Shown piece after piece: positions 29,643-40,600 of a DNA stretch of 64,000 nucleotides; within the stretch, counting starts at the first letter, position 1; each line of letters starts with the position of its first letter. Origin of the DNA: Candidatus Latescibacterota bacterium (GTDB lineage Bacteria > Latescibacterota > UBA2968 > GCA-2709665). The position numbers were made by a program, and so were the translations under genes. Below the pieces are notes generated by a model. That model was given only the letters and a program-made list of their open reading frames with translations, was not told the DNA's origin and searched no databases. The DNA is taken from assembly GCA_965203805.1 (NCBI GenBank), contig OZ241917.1:192001-256000 (forward strand), read 5' to 3'.

Positions 29643-31540
29643 TCAAAACTAACCTATCTTTCTCTTTACCGCAGCCATGGCAAGGGCAGACATTCAGCAT
29701 TCAGGAGGTTGGTCCGATAAACTATCTTGTAGGTCCAAATGGAAGTGGCAAAACTCAATTCGCGGGTGAATTGGTCCGACACCTCGAAGAGTCACGCCTG
29801 CTTGGTACAGATAGGCTAAGTGAAATGGGGAGATCCTCGCAGGTAAGAACCTATTTCGGTGACCCATTTGACGAAGGTTTCCCATCGCGCCATTTCGACC
29901 AATTAAGATTAGCTGGTGCGGATGGATCAGGTATTGACACAATAGTCCTACTGGAAGAGAGAATGGACCTCCGTATCCAGGTTGAAGCAATTCTTAGTAG
30001 TCTCTTCGATCGAGAGATTATCCTCGAATGGGAATCAGGATTTCTTGTACCCTACATACGACGCAGAGGAGACAGCGCATCTTACAGGCTGGATCGCGAA
30101 GAGTGCCATGGAATCAAGGAACTCTTAGTGATGTTGACGCACCTTTATGACGACGAGCGTAAGTACCTAATTGTAGACGAACCCGAGCTCAATTTACACC
30201 CTCAACATCAAGCTTTCTTTTTACAGGAAGTTCGTAAGCTCGCAGGAGATCCATCAACCGACAGTAGAAAGAAAATCGTATTCCTGATTACGCACTCCCC
30301 ATTTATCCTGGACTTTCGGTCCGAGGACGATCTGAAGTCAGTCATATCCTTCAGCCTGGATTACTCCTCCCCGAAGCAGATTGCCAATCTTGACCTGGAA
30401 ACATCCTTGAGATCGTTTTCGTTAGCAGGAAGAATGAACACGAATCATAAGCAACTCTTTTTTTCCGACAATCCAATCTTCGTCGAAGGTCTTCTCGACG
30501 CCCAGCTAATTGCGGCAATGATGGAGGCTCGCGGTGCGTCAGTCGCTGCCGCCGGAAGTTGTATCATTGACTCGGGTGGTTCCGAGGAAGTTAACCATTA
30601 TTTGACCTTGTGCAAAGGTCTTGGCAAGGAAGCTCATTTCCTTTATGACCTCGATAGTTTATTTGGTGGAAACCTACGGGCTTGCATACGAGATGACCAA
30701 TCGGTACGAAGCTTTTTGGCAGCTGCTGGACTCGGAAGTGACTTTGGTAAATATTGCGGCGCGCTGGACAGGAAACTCAAATGCCTGATAGATCTCTTAC
30801 TCACGATTCCTTCTCAACAAGGTCATCTTGCAGGGTTACACGACTTTCTGAAATCGCTCGGTAAAATGCCTTGGGATAAAGGTAAACTGGCAAGGGCACG
30901 AACAGCAGTAATGACGGCGATAAGCAAGCATAGAGAAGACATCATACGATCGGTTTCGCCGCAATTGGTCGCGGATATAGAAGGTCATAGGGAACAAATA
31001 CTTACAGCCTTGAAGCAGAAGAATATCAGTGTCTTACCGGGAGGAAGTATAGAACGATACCTGCCACACTATACGGGAGATGAATACCGCCTTAACGATG
31101 AGCAAAAACGAAAAGCCGTAAATTCAGAGATCCGAGAATTCCCCAACTTGGCCAGTGAAGAAGCGTTTGCTAATAGATACGGGCAATTGTACGAAGCCAT
31201 TTGTGCCTTGCCATCAAAGGATGATGTGGACGTCGATACAGTTCTTCGAAAATACATAAGTGACTACATACATGAGCTTCAGAAAGTAATACTGGAAAAT
31301 TCCGGTCTTAGCCGCAAACAAATACTACGACGTTTGAATGCCATTCTTCCAGGACTTTCCCGAGTTTTTTCTCTCTCTACATATGAGTCGAGCCAGCAGG
31401 ACGAGTTCAGCGCGACAATCGAAATCGCAAGAATGCTTGGCGTCGAAAAGCGTGTTGTATACGTAAGCCACCGAACTAACGCAGGCATGGGGAAATTCGA
31501 TATAGAGGAAGCTACAAAAATGAGCGAGAACGCACTATGA
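29639..31540 (+). CDS. OLD-family-like ABC ATPase + TOPRIM nuclease
   Basis: 'GPNGSGKT', 'IVDEPELNLHP', 'LITHSP', TOPRIM 'FFSDNPIFVEG..D' and 'YDLD'. Confidence 0.82.
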   Translation: MIKTNLSFSLPQPWQGQTFSIQEVGPINYLVGPNGSGKTQFAGELVRHLEESRLLGTDRLSEMGRSSQVRTYFGDPFDEGFPSRHFDQLRLAGADGSGIDTIVLLEERMDLRIQVEAILSSLFDREIILEWESGFLVPYIRRRGDSASYRLDREECHGIKELLVMLTHLYDDERKYLIVDEPELNLHPQHQAFFLQEVRKLAGDPSTDSRKKIVFLITHSPFILDFRSEDDLKSVISFSLDYSSPKQIANLDLETSLRSFSLAGRMNTNHKQLFFSDNPIFVEGLLDAQLIAAMMEARGASVAAAGSCIIDSGGSEEVNHYLTLCKGLGKEAHFLYDLDSLFGGNLRACIRDDQSVRSFLAAAGLGSDFGKYCGALDRKLKCLIDLLLTIPSQQGHLAGLHDFLKSLGKMPWDKGKLARARTAVMTAISKHREDIIRSVSPQLVADIEGHREQILTALKQKNISVLPGGSIERYLPHYTGDEYRLNDEQKRKAVNSEIREFPNLASEEAFANRYGQLYEAICALPSKDDVDVDTVLRKYISDYIHELQKVILENSGLSRKQILRRLNAILPGLSRVFSLSTYESSQQDEFSATIEIARMLGVEKRVVYVSHRTNAGMGKFDIEEATKMSENAL

Positions 31541-34500
31541 ACGCCAATGACAAACGCCTTATCGAAGTCGCCTTCCCGCTGAAGCAGGTCTCCCTCGACT
31601 CTGTCCACGAGAAAAACGTGCGGCACGGCCATATTTCCACGCTCCACATCTGGCCGGCAAGGAGGCCGTTGGCGGCTTGTCGTGCGGCCTTGATCGCCAC
31701 GCTGCTTCCCGACCCGGGCGACGCGGAAACCCGAAACGCGATTATGGAACGTATGGCTGGTCGCATTATCGACAAGATCGAGCGCAAGCGGGTGAACGGC
31801 CGCCTGGTTGAGAAGACCAAGCCTGAGACGCTTGGAGGCATCCTTCACTGGAAACGCGAAAGTGATTCAGATCTCACGTGGTTCCGCGATGAGATCCGCA
31901 AAGCTTACGGCGGGCGTGAGCCAAAAGTTTTGGACCCGTTTGCGGGTGGGGGTGCCATTCCCCTCGAAGCCTTGCGTCTCGGTTGTGACGTCACGGCCAT
32001 GGACATTAACCCCGTTGCCTGGTTCATTCTCAAGTGTACCCTTGAGTACCCGCAAAGGCTTGTCGGGCAGACCCGACCACTACCTGAGTTTGCGTTGCAG
32101 GACCAGAAATTCATGGAAGATTACTTAAAGGAACAAGGGTTTAGGGGTGCGAGCCTGCGGACCCTTCTGGAACGGCTTGGCCACGGTAGCAGTGGCAATA
32201 CACAACTCGATATCGTACAACAGGATGATCCCATCTTTAAGGCTGATCTTGCCTGGCATGTGCGCGCCTGGGGTCGCTGGGTGCTGGCAACGGCGCGTAG
32301 GAAGCTTGCTTCGTATTACCCGACCTATGCGGAGTTTGAGCCACTTGAGACCGGGAGACAGTTCGAATCTCGCGCGATTAGGCTGCTAGAAACCGATGAT
32401 GTCGGGGTTACTAGACTCGATCCGCTCAACGCCGGTTTCGACGCCGCCTATCTAAAGGATCCCCGTAACCCGCGCTGGATCGTCAAGCCTACGGTGGCCT
32501 ATCTGTGGGCGCGGACCGCGACCTGCAAGCAATGCCGCACCACGCTGCCGCTGCTTAAGACACGCTGGTTGTGTAAGAAGGATCGGAAACGCGTGCTACT
32601 TACGATCGAGCCAGGTGATAACGAGAACGGCGTCGGCTTTGGCATACGCAACGACGTACCGAAACATGGCGGCAACGCGGCACAGAGGCGTGAGCACGAC
32701 AAACGCGTTGGCGCGGGCACCATGTCGCGCACCGGCGCGACCTGCCCGTGTTGTGGAACAATTATGACCATGGAGGACATCCGATTTGAAGGACGCGCAG
32801 GACGGCTGAGTGCGACCATTACAACTGTGGTGGTGGACGGGCCAAAGGGCAAGGAATACCGTTTGCCAACGGACCATGAGCGGACGGTGGCGGACGTAAC
32901 CGAGAATCAACTTGAGGAGCTCTATGCGGATGTCCCGTTCGGTTTGCCGGAGGAACAGACGCCCAAGGCGGGAATCGGGGCATCGCGGGCATTTTCGGTC
33001 GATGGTTATGGCTTCGACACGTGGCGCAAGCTCTTTACGAATCGTCAACTGTTAGCCCTCGGCGAGTTCGTTTACGTGTTAAATACGATGTCAAGGAAAC
33101 TCGCCGACTGCACTCCTAAATGGAGAGAATCTCTCGTTGCGATGTGCTTGCCCATCATCAGCCGAATTGCAGATCGAGGAAGCACGTTGGCGACATGGAC
33201 CAATAATCCCGAAAAAATCAGAAGTACATTTGCACGATTCGCGTTGCCCATTACCTGGGATTTTTCAGAATCCGCACCTCTTTCTGACACTACGGGAGGT
33301 TTTGTACAATCCGTCGATTGGGTGTTCAAGGTATGCAGTCATCTACAGAAGAGTGTCGATACAGCTAGAACGGGACAGACAGCGTGCGCCTCGGCTGTCC
33401 ACTGCAAAAACGAAAGTGTGGATCTGATCCTGACCGATCCACCCTATTACGACGCGATTCCCTATTCAGACCTAATGGATTTCTTCTACGTGTGGTTGAG
33501 GCGATCTATTTTGGGATTATCGCCTGAGTTAAATTTGGCTTTCTCTAGTACTCTCGGCCCCAAATGGGATCACGGCAACGACGACGGAGAACTCATTGAT
33601 GACGCAAGCAGATTTGACGGCGACAGAGAACGGTCAAAGCAGAATTACGAAGACGGCATCGCTCGTTCATTCCGCTCCTGTCACTCTGCACTAAGGCCGG
33701 ATGGACGGCTCGTGGTCGTATTTGCCAATAAACATCCCGACGCGTGGGAGACGTTGGTCGCCGCGCTGATTAGATCGGGTTTCGTGGTGAACGGCTCCTG
33801 GCCGATCCAGACGGAAATGAGTAACCGAAACCGAGCAATAGCCTCGGCCGCTCTTTCATCTTCCGTTTGGATTGTCTGCAAAAAACGATCAGTCGCACGC
33901 CCCGGATGGGACAATAATGTGCTCAACGAGATGCGCGAGAACATTAGCCATAAGCTCCGGGAATTCTGGGACGCAGGTATTCGTGGGCCCGACTTTGTAT
34001 GGGCGGCGACCGGTCCGGCTCTCGAAGCGTTTAGCAAGCACCCCGTCGTCAAGAAAGCAAATGACCCGAACCAATTAATGACAGTGTCGGAGTTCCTGCG
34101 CGAAGTGCGCCGCATGGTCGTTGATTTCGTCGTCGGTCGAGTACTAATCCGAGATGCCGACCAAGAAACTGAGACTGGACTCGACGACGTGACTACCTAT
34201 TACCTGCTCCATCGCTACGACTTTGGCCTGGAAGACGCACCAGTCGGTGGCTGTATTCTCTACGCGTTGTCCTGTAACCTATCTGACACAGCTTTAATCA
34301 ACCATCACGACCTCCTCGCACAACCGGGCAAAGGAGGTGGCGACGATCTCGATGAGGACGACCCGCCCGAGGACGCGGAAGAGTCAGGCGGAGGTGCCAA
34401 GGTCAAACTCAAACCTTGGAGCCGCCGGAGGAGCCGCAATCTTGGACTGGAGTCACCCAGTGGTCGCTCTGTACCACTAATCGACCAGTTACACAAGCTT

Positions 34501-34719
34501 ATGCACCTCTGGCGCGGCGGCGACCAGGTCAAGGTTGACGACTACCTCGACACACGCGGCCTTCAGCGCAACGCCTTGTTCAATCAGATCCTTCAAGCTC
34601 TTATCGAATTGGCCGACCGTCGTTCCGACGAGCGTTCGATTCTCGAATCCCTAAGCAACCATATAGCCGCCCGTGGCGATGTCGGGACACCGGGGCAGGC
34701 GCGGATTCAGTTCCGGTAA
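31537..34719 (+). CDS. DUF1156-domain DNA adenine methyltransferase (restriction-like system)
   Basis: 'RLIEVAFPL', 'HIWPARRPLAACRA', motif I 'LDPFAGGGAIPLEA', Zn ribbon 'CKQC...CPCC', catalytic 'TDPPYY'. Confidence 0.92.
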   Translation: MNANDKRLIEVAFPLKQVSLDSVHEKNVRHGHISTLHIWPARRPLAACRAALIATLLPDPGDAETRNAIMERMAGRIIDKIERKRVNGRLVEKTKPETLGGILHWKRESDSDLTWFRDEIRKAYGGREPKVLDPFAGGGAIPLEALRLGCDVTAMDINPVAWFILKCTLEYPQRLVGQTRPLPEFALQDQKFMEDYLKEQGFRGASLRTLLERLGHGSSGNTQLDIVQQDDPIFKADLAWHVRAWGRWVLATARRKLASYYPTYAEFEPLETGRQFESRAIRLLETDDVGVTRLDPLNAGFDAAYLKDPRNPRWIVKPTVAYLWARTATCKQCRTTLPLLKTRWLCKKDRKRVLLTIEPGDNENGVGFGIRNDVPKHGGNAAQRREHDKRVGAGTMSRTGATCPCCGTIMTMEDIRFEGRAGRLSATITTVVVDGPKGKEYRLPTDHERTVADVTENQLEELYADVPFGLPEEQTPKAGIGASRAFSVDGYGFDTWRKLFTNRQLLALGEFVYVLNTMSRKLADCTPKWRESLVAMCLPIISRIADRGSTLATWTNNPEKIRSTFARFALPITWDFSESAPLSDTTGGFVQSVDWVFKVCSHLQKSVDTARTGQTACASAVHCKNESVDLILTDPPYYDAIPYSDLMDFFYVWLRRSILGLSPELNLAFSSTLGPKWDHGNDDGELIDDASRFDGDRERSKQNYEDGIARSFRSCHSALRPDGRLVVVFANKHPDAWETLVAALIRSGFVVNGSWPIQTEMSNRNRAIASAALSSSVWIVCKKRSVARPGWDNNVLNEMRENISHKLREFWDAGIRGPDFVWAATGPALEAFSKHPVVKKANDPNQLMTVSEFLREVRRMVVDFVVGRVLIRDADQETETGLDDVTTYYLLHRYDFGLEDAPVGGCILYALSCNLSDTALINHHDLLAQPGKGGGDDLDEDDPPEDAEESGGGAKVKLKPWSRRRSRNLGLESPSGRSVPLIDQLHKLMHLWRGGDQVKVDDYLDTRGLQRNALFNQILQALIELADRRSDERSILESLSNHIAARGDVGTPGQARIQFR

Positions 34720-34762
34720 GAGGAACGGTGTACAGCAAATTTGCCAGGAGGTATCAGTGTCT

Positions 34763-37378
34763 ATGTACCAGGCGCTTCGCAATTTGCTTAGGACTGACGA
34801 ATTCACGGTAGAGGAACAGTTCGAAATTCCGGGTCGGCAGGCGCGGTATACGGCAGTACCGAGGTTCTTGTTCGAGTCACGCGTTGGACGGCATCTCCGA
34901 GAGCAGGCCGAGCGCCACGTTTGGCAAGGGCCGCTGTGGGATCACCAAGCCCAGGCGTTGGAGGCGCTTGGGCGAGGTGAAAACGTCGTTCTTTCGACGA
35001 GTACAGCGTCAGGTAAGAGTCTTGTATTCCGGTCGATTTCGTTCCACAAAGCTCTTCTGAATCCTGACAGCCGTGCTATCGTTTTCTATCCGCTAAAGGC
35101 GCTCGCTGCAGACCAGATACGTGGCTGGCGGGAAATGGCGCGAGAGCTTGATCTTAAAGAAGGCGTCATCGGGAGAATAGATGGGTCGGTACCAGTCAAA
35201 GAACGTGAAGAAGTACTTCAACGTGCTCGCATCGTTATAATGACTCCGGATGTTTGTCATGCGTGGCTAATGTCCCGCTTGTCACTACCCCTGGCAAGGG
35301 ATTTTCTGCGTAGGGTTTCAACAGTAGTTATCGACGAAGCGCACACACTGGAAGGCGTATTTGGGAGCAACTTTGCATTTCTCTTTCGTCGGCTCATTGC
35401 AGCACGCAATAACCTTCTGAATGAAGTAGAAGACGAAAAGCCGCTACAATTCGTAGCCGCGACCGCGACCATCAAGAATCCCGGTGAGCACCTTAGGCAT
35501 CTTGTCGGTTCCAAGTTCACTGTAATTGACCATATGTCGGATGCCGCTCCACAGTACAATCGGATTGTAGCACACGTCTCGTGTCAAAATGGTGAAGAGC
35601 ACGAAGTAGCCAAGGCACTCCATGGTCGTGTGCTCGCACCTGGCACCGAAGGGGGATTCATCACGTTCGTGGATTCAAGGAAGGGCGTGGAAGGCCTGGC
35701 CGTAGCGACTCAAGATGCATCAAGAGACGAAGCGATAGCTAACTCGCTGAGTGATGCCGAGGTACTTCCTTACCGGGCTGGTTACGACGCTACGGATCGT
35801 CAGAAGATCGAACAAAGGCTACAGTCGGGAACCCTTAGAGGAATCGTCTCGACGTCGGCGCTTGAACTCGGAATCGACATTCTTCACTTGGCGGTAGGAT
35901 TCAACATAGGGGTTCCTGCAACGCGCAAGGCTTATCGGCAGAGGCTTGGACGGGTTGGAAGAAGTGGACCTGGCGCATTCGTAGTGATTGCCCCCGAACT
36001 TGCGTTTCGAAGTTTCGGGACCACCTTTCGTGAGTATCATGAGATGTCGGTTGAACCGTCCTATCTGTACCTGGACAATCGTTTCATGCAATTTGCCCAT
36101 GGACGTTGCTTGGCTGCCGAGTTGGAATCCCTCGGCGCCCCGCCTGCCACGCCTTCCCGTGTTGACTGGCCCAAGGGATTCAAACAGATGCACTTGGCTG
36201 CCCGTCCCGGCGGTGCCAGAGCACCAGAATATGACTCCATCGCCGCACTCGGAGGAGACACGCCCCATTTTGGCTATCCGCTTCGCAATGTCGGCGAACT
36301 CAACTATCTTATAACAAGGGGATCGAATGACGACAGCTTCGGTCAGGTCAGCCAGCTCCAAGCTCTAAGGGAGTGCTACCCTGGCGCCACCTACCTGCAC
36401 CTGACAAAGCCATATCAGATCGTCGCCTGGCACGCGAGTACGTTTGAGCCCTTCATCCGTGTAAAACCTTGTCGCCCGGGAAGATCGACACGGCCAAGAA
36501 TCACGACGTGGATTAACGCATCAGTAGCGCCTAATGACATCCAGGGTCGCCACTTTATTAGGGGCGAGAATGGATTTCTTGTTGAATGTCTAATGCAGAT
36601 TACGGAACGCGTGGAAGGATACATAGATGGATCAAGTGGTCATTTTCACTCCTACCAAGATCTCCAACAAAAGAACCCAAACATGCGGGCGCGCTCTCGT
36701 AATTTTCGCACAAGTGGGGTAGTGCTCTGTATCGACAAGGATTGGTTCAAGAATGCATCGGTGAAACGGTCTTTTGCTGAGAGGCTTCGTGAGGTGTTCG
36801 TGCGGGAATATAGTATCTCGACACAAGATGTTGGCTCGGCAGGCACGAACATCTCTGTTCGAAGCGTTGACGGAAGCAGAATAAGTGGGGGATGCGTCGC
36901 GATATATGACGAGACCTATGGCAGCCTGCGTCTTACTGAAAGGCTCTATATCGAATTCGAGCATGTTCTGACTCGACTGTCACACGCCGTGGCGGTAGAC
37001 CCGATCGATGAAGGAGACGAACTTGAAAAGGTCGTGGCACAGGTGAGAATTGAAGTGGACGCGTTCAGCGAAACTCTGATGGGAGCGCCGGATAACGAGA
37101 TGACGCATAGTCGAACCGGCTACGATCAGGTCTTTTCTAAAGGGTCTACGGTCTGTTACCAAGTGGCCGGGCAAATGGCAATCGATGTCGAAGTCATCCA
37201 GCCAACAATTTTGAATGGAACATTGATGTACCAGGTAACCCTTCCACAGAGGGGCGCGAAGCGGTGGATTTCAGCGGCAGACATAGCCCCGTCCGCGAAC
37301 GCCGACGCTTGGGATATTGCTTGGTGGAATCGCGACACCGAAACTTATGAGGATCCACCGGAAGGGGAGGAGTCATAG
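34763..37378 (+). CDS. DEAD/DEAH box helicase, MrfA/Hrq1-like, with a degenerate DUF1998-like region
   Basis: 'HQAQAL', 'TASGKS', 'YPLKALAADQ', 'DEAH', 'ATATI', 'TSALELGID', 'QRLGRVGR', 'IYDETYG'; GGAGG RBS. Confidence 0.85.
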   Translation: MYQALRNLLRTDEFTVEEQFEIPGRQARYTAVPRFLFESRVGRHLREQAERHVWQGPLWDHQAQALEALGRGENVVLSTSTASGKSLVFRSISFHKALLNPDSRAIVFYPLKALAADQIRGWREMARELDLKEGVIGRIDGSVPVKEREEVLQRARIVIMTPDVCHAWLMSRLSLPLARDFLRRVSTVVIDEAHTLEGVFGSNFAFLFRRLIAARNNLLNEVEDEKPLQFVAATATIKNPGEHLRHLVGSKFTVIDHMSDAAPQYNRIVAHVSCQNGEEHEVAKALHGRVLAPGTEGGFITFVDSRKGVEGLAVATQDASRDEAIANSLSDAEVLPYRAGYDATDRQKIEQRLQSGTLRGIVSTSALELGIDILHLAVGFNIGVPATRKAYRQRLGRVGRSGPGAFVVIAPELAFRSFGTTFREYHEMSVEPSYLYLDNRFMQFAHGRCLAAELESLGAPPATPSRVDWPKGFKQMHLAARPGGARAPEYDSIAALGGDTPHFGYPLRNVGELNYLITRGSNDDSFGQVSQLQALRECYPGATYLHLTKPYQIVAWHASTFEPFIRVKPCRPGRSTRPRITTWINASVAPNDIQGRHFIRGENGFLVECLMQITERVEGYIDGSSGHFHSYQDLQQKNPNMRARSRNFRTSGVVLCIDKDWFKNASVKRSFAERLREVFVREYSISTQDVGSAGTNISVRSVDGSRISGGCVAIYDETYGSLRLTERLYIEFEHVLTRLSHAVAVDPIDEGDELEKVVAQVRIEVDAFSETLMGAPDNEMTHSRTGYDQVFSKGSTVCYQVAGQMAIDVEVIQPTILNGTLMYQVTLPQRGAKRWISAADIAPSANADAWDIAWWNRDTETYEDPPEGEES

Positions 37379-37380
37379 GC

Positions 37381-37601
37381 GGAAAATTCTGGCCCCCTCA
37401 AGAACACTATGACTTTCCACTTACAATGGACGTCAGACTCCTTTATCTGCCTACTCCATTTTCTTTTCGTTTCACGCGTTGGGATTATGTGGGCTTCCCA
37501 GCAATACGTTTGTGGATTTGCCCGAAATCATTGAGGCGCTTGAGCGATCGATTCCTGAGATTTCGAGCGAAAATGTGGTGAGGATTCATCGACCAATGTA
37601 G
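37381..37601 (+). pseudogene. Decayed DUF5615 (PIN-like toxin) remnant
   Basis: Frameshifted pieces 'QEHYDFPLTMD' and 'GLPSNTFVDLPEIIEALERSIPEISSENVVRIH' resemble the middle and C-terminus of DUF5615 proteins. Confidence 0.4.
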
Positions 37602-37637
37602 AGTTATTTACAGTGTATTGGAAACGACGAGGACGAT

Positions 37638-40600
37638 ATGTCAATTAGACCTTCGATTAAACCTTGGCACGAGGTGGTGCAGCTTCGTGATGACCTTAGA
37701 TCCGGTGAATTGCCACTGGCGATATTCGCCGCTGATCTGTACGACGTGGTGATGCAGAAGGGTTCGCGTCCCGCATACGAGCGGCCTGAAGACTTTTTCG
37801 CCTTGACCTATGCGACTTTAAATCTTCGTGAACTGGTCAAAGATGTGGCGATGAGGCTGTCCGGGCAGAGCGACAAGGCCTATAGAAAATTGTCGGTAAA
37901 TTACGGCGGTGGAAAGACCCACACACTCATCGCGTTGCGGCATCTTGCATACAATCCGGACAATCTTCCAGACCTGCCGTCGGTGAAGGATTTCGATGCA
38001 CACATCGGGTTCAGGATGCCTAAAGCCCGCGTGGTGGCGCTATGCTTCGATAAAATCGACCTGGAAAAAGGTGTCGAGACCCTGGGCCCCTGCGGGGAGA
38101 TCAGAATGCTGAAGCATCCGTGGAGCATCCTCGCCTTTCAACTGGCGGGGGCCGACGGTCTACGACTCATACACGCTGACGGCGGGGACGAAGAGCGTGA
38201 GACGCCGCCGGCAGAACCGTTATTGGCGGAGCTTCTGTCAAGACCACAAGCGGAGGAGCTATCGACGCTGGTGCTGCTTGACGAAGTCCTTATGTACGTT
38301 CGTACACTGGTTGAGTCGCACCCGGATTCGCGGGGACGCCTGGTCAGTTTTTTCCAATATCTGACCCAGGCCGTGGTCAAAGTGGACCGCTGTGCCATGG
38401 TAGCCTCGCTTCTCGCATCGGATCCGCGGAAGCACGACGAATTCGGAAACGAACTCCTGCGTGACGTAGGCGATGTCTTCGGTCGGCAAATGGAGGAGGA
38501 TGCAAGTCCCGTAAGCAAGGAGGACGTGGCGGAAGTGCTGCGGCGTCGATTCTTTAAGCCGGAATCCATCCGTGACCCGGGAAAATTTCGACCCGTTGTC
38601 ACTTCTATAGTCGGCAGCATCGCAACGCTAGACGAACAGACGGCAAAGGAACGTGGAGCGGCCGAGGAGCGATTCCTTGCCAGTTATCCGTTCCACCCCG
38701 ACCTCACTGAGGTCTTCTACACCCGCTGGACGCAACTCGAAGGGTTTCAACGAACTCGTGGAATCTTACGTACGTTTGCCATTGGATTGCGCGATGCCGA
38801 GACGTGGGATACGAGTCCGCTGGTCGGGCCGAATATTCTGCTGGCCGATCCGGAAAAGGAACCCTTGGCAGAAGCCGCCAGTGAACTTGCTTCCTTTGCC
38901 AGCGTGGACGCGGCCACCGGAAAGCACCAGGAATGGCGGCCGATCCTTGAAGGCGAGTTGACCAAGGCACGTGCCATTCAGACGGAGGCGACTGGCCTGA
39001 GCCATCGAGAAATGGAACAGGCTGTTATTGCCGTCTTTCTGAGTTCTCAGCCCATTGGCCACAAAGCGCTAACCCGGGAGCTTGTGTTACTAATCGGAGC
39101 GGCCAATCCTGATAAGATAGAACTTGAGAAGGCGCTGCGTCGTTGGATTGAACTTTCGTGGTTTCTCGATGAAGCGGAAGTCGCCACCGGGGAAGACGGA
39201 TCCGACCGGCAATTGCCCAGGGCATGGAGGCTGGGCAATCGTCCCAACCTTCGACAGATGCACCACGATGCCTGCAGCAATCGTGTGCCTCCGCCTTTGG
39301 TTGATGCGCAAGTGATCGATGCGATTGAGAAACAGCGATCGCTTACCTCTGGCGCGGCCGCAGCCGGTGCAACCGTGCACAACCTTCCCGAGAGACCTCG
39401 AGACATCGGGGACGACGGGAAGTTTCACTACGCCGTACTCGGCTCCGATGCGGTATCCGAGTCCGGTAAACCAAGCAGCGTCGCTAGGCGATTCATCGAT
39501 GAGAAGACTGCTTCTGATCGCCCGCGCGTGAATCGGAACGCAATCGTCCTCGCCGTTCCTTCGAAGGACGGTTTGGATGCACTGCGTGTTCGTGTGCGAG
39601 AGCATCTCGGCTGGATGGAGGTTGGCGAACAACTCAAGGAACAGCCAATCGACCCGATTCGCGAACAGATGCTCTCGAGCGAAACACGGGCGTCACAAAG
39701 GCGGATTCCAGAAGCCGTCACCCAGGCCTATTCCATTGTTGTTACGGTGAATGAAAGCAACGACGTCCACGCCTTCAGAGTCGTCGTGACGGACGAACCC
39801 TTGTTCACGACCATAAAGGCCGACAAGCGAGCCCGCATCCAGGAAGCGCCGATAAACTCGGAAGCAATGATGCCCGGCGGTCCCTACGACTTATGGCGGG
39901 AAGACGAACCGTCACGCCGGGTCAGGGATCTCGTAGGAGCCTTCGCGCAGTTTGCAAAGTTACCGAAAATGCTGCGGCATAAGGAAATTCTGGACACCGT
40001 GGTTCAGGGCGTTCAGGAAGGGATATGGGTGGCGCAGGTATCCCGCCCTGACAGGACAATCAGGACCTTCTGGCGAACGCCCATCGACGACACGGCCCTA
40101 CAAGATCCCGGTCTGGAGGTGTTTCTCCCGGAGGCAGCTACCTTAAGCGAATTGGCGCCAGAGTTGCTTGTACACAATCAGCTCCCCGGGCTCTGGGGGT
40201 CCGATGAACTCACAGTACAGGATGTCTATGACTATTTCTCTGGTGGCCATACGGTAGTCGTTCCAAGGGAGGGCTATGAAGAGACAATTGTGATCCCGAA
40301 ATGTGACTCGAAAGATGTGGAAGGCGCTATTTCCCAAGCCGTCGAACAGGGTCAGGTGTGGTTGACAGCCGGCCCGGCCTCGATTCTAAAGGAGCCCTTG
40401 CCGCCCGGCGTACTCACGGCCTCTGCAGTGTTGAGGCCGCCACCGGAGGGTATCGACGTTACACAATTGATGCCACAGTCGATTCCGGGCGCTTGGGTAG
40501 AAGGCAAGGCCAACGCGCTCGCTATTTCGGCCACGCTCTCGGCTCAATGGGGAATGACCCTGCCCTGGTCGACGGTCGAATCGGTGATTGACTCTGGTAT

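Noticed and set aside
29639-37378. OLD nuclease + helicase as Gabija, or helicase + methylase as DISARM
   Set aside because: The helicase is SF2 (DEAH), not UvrD, and is not adjacent to the OLD gene; the DISARM drmABC gene set is not present.
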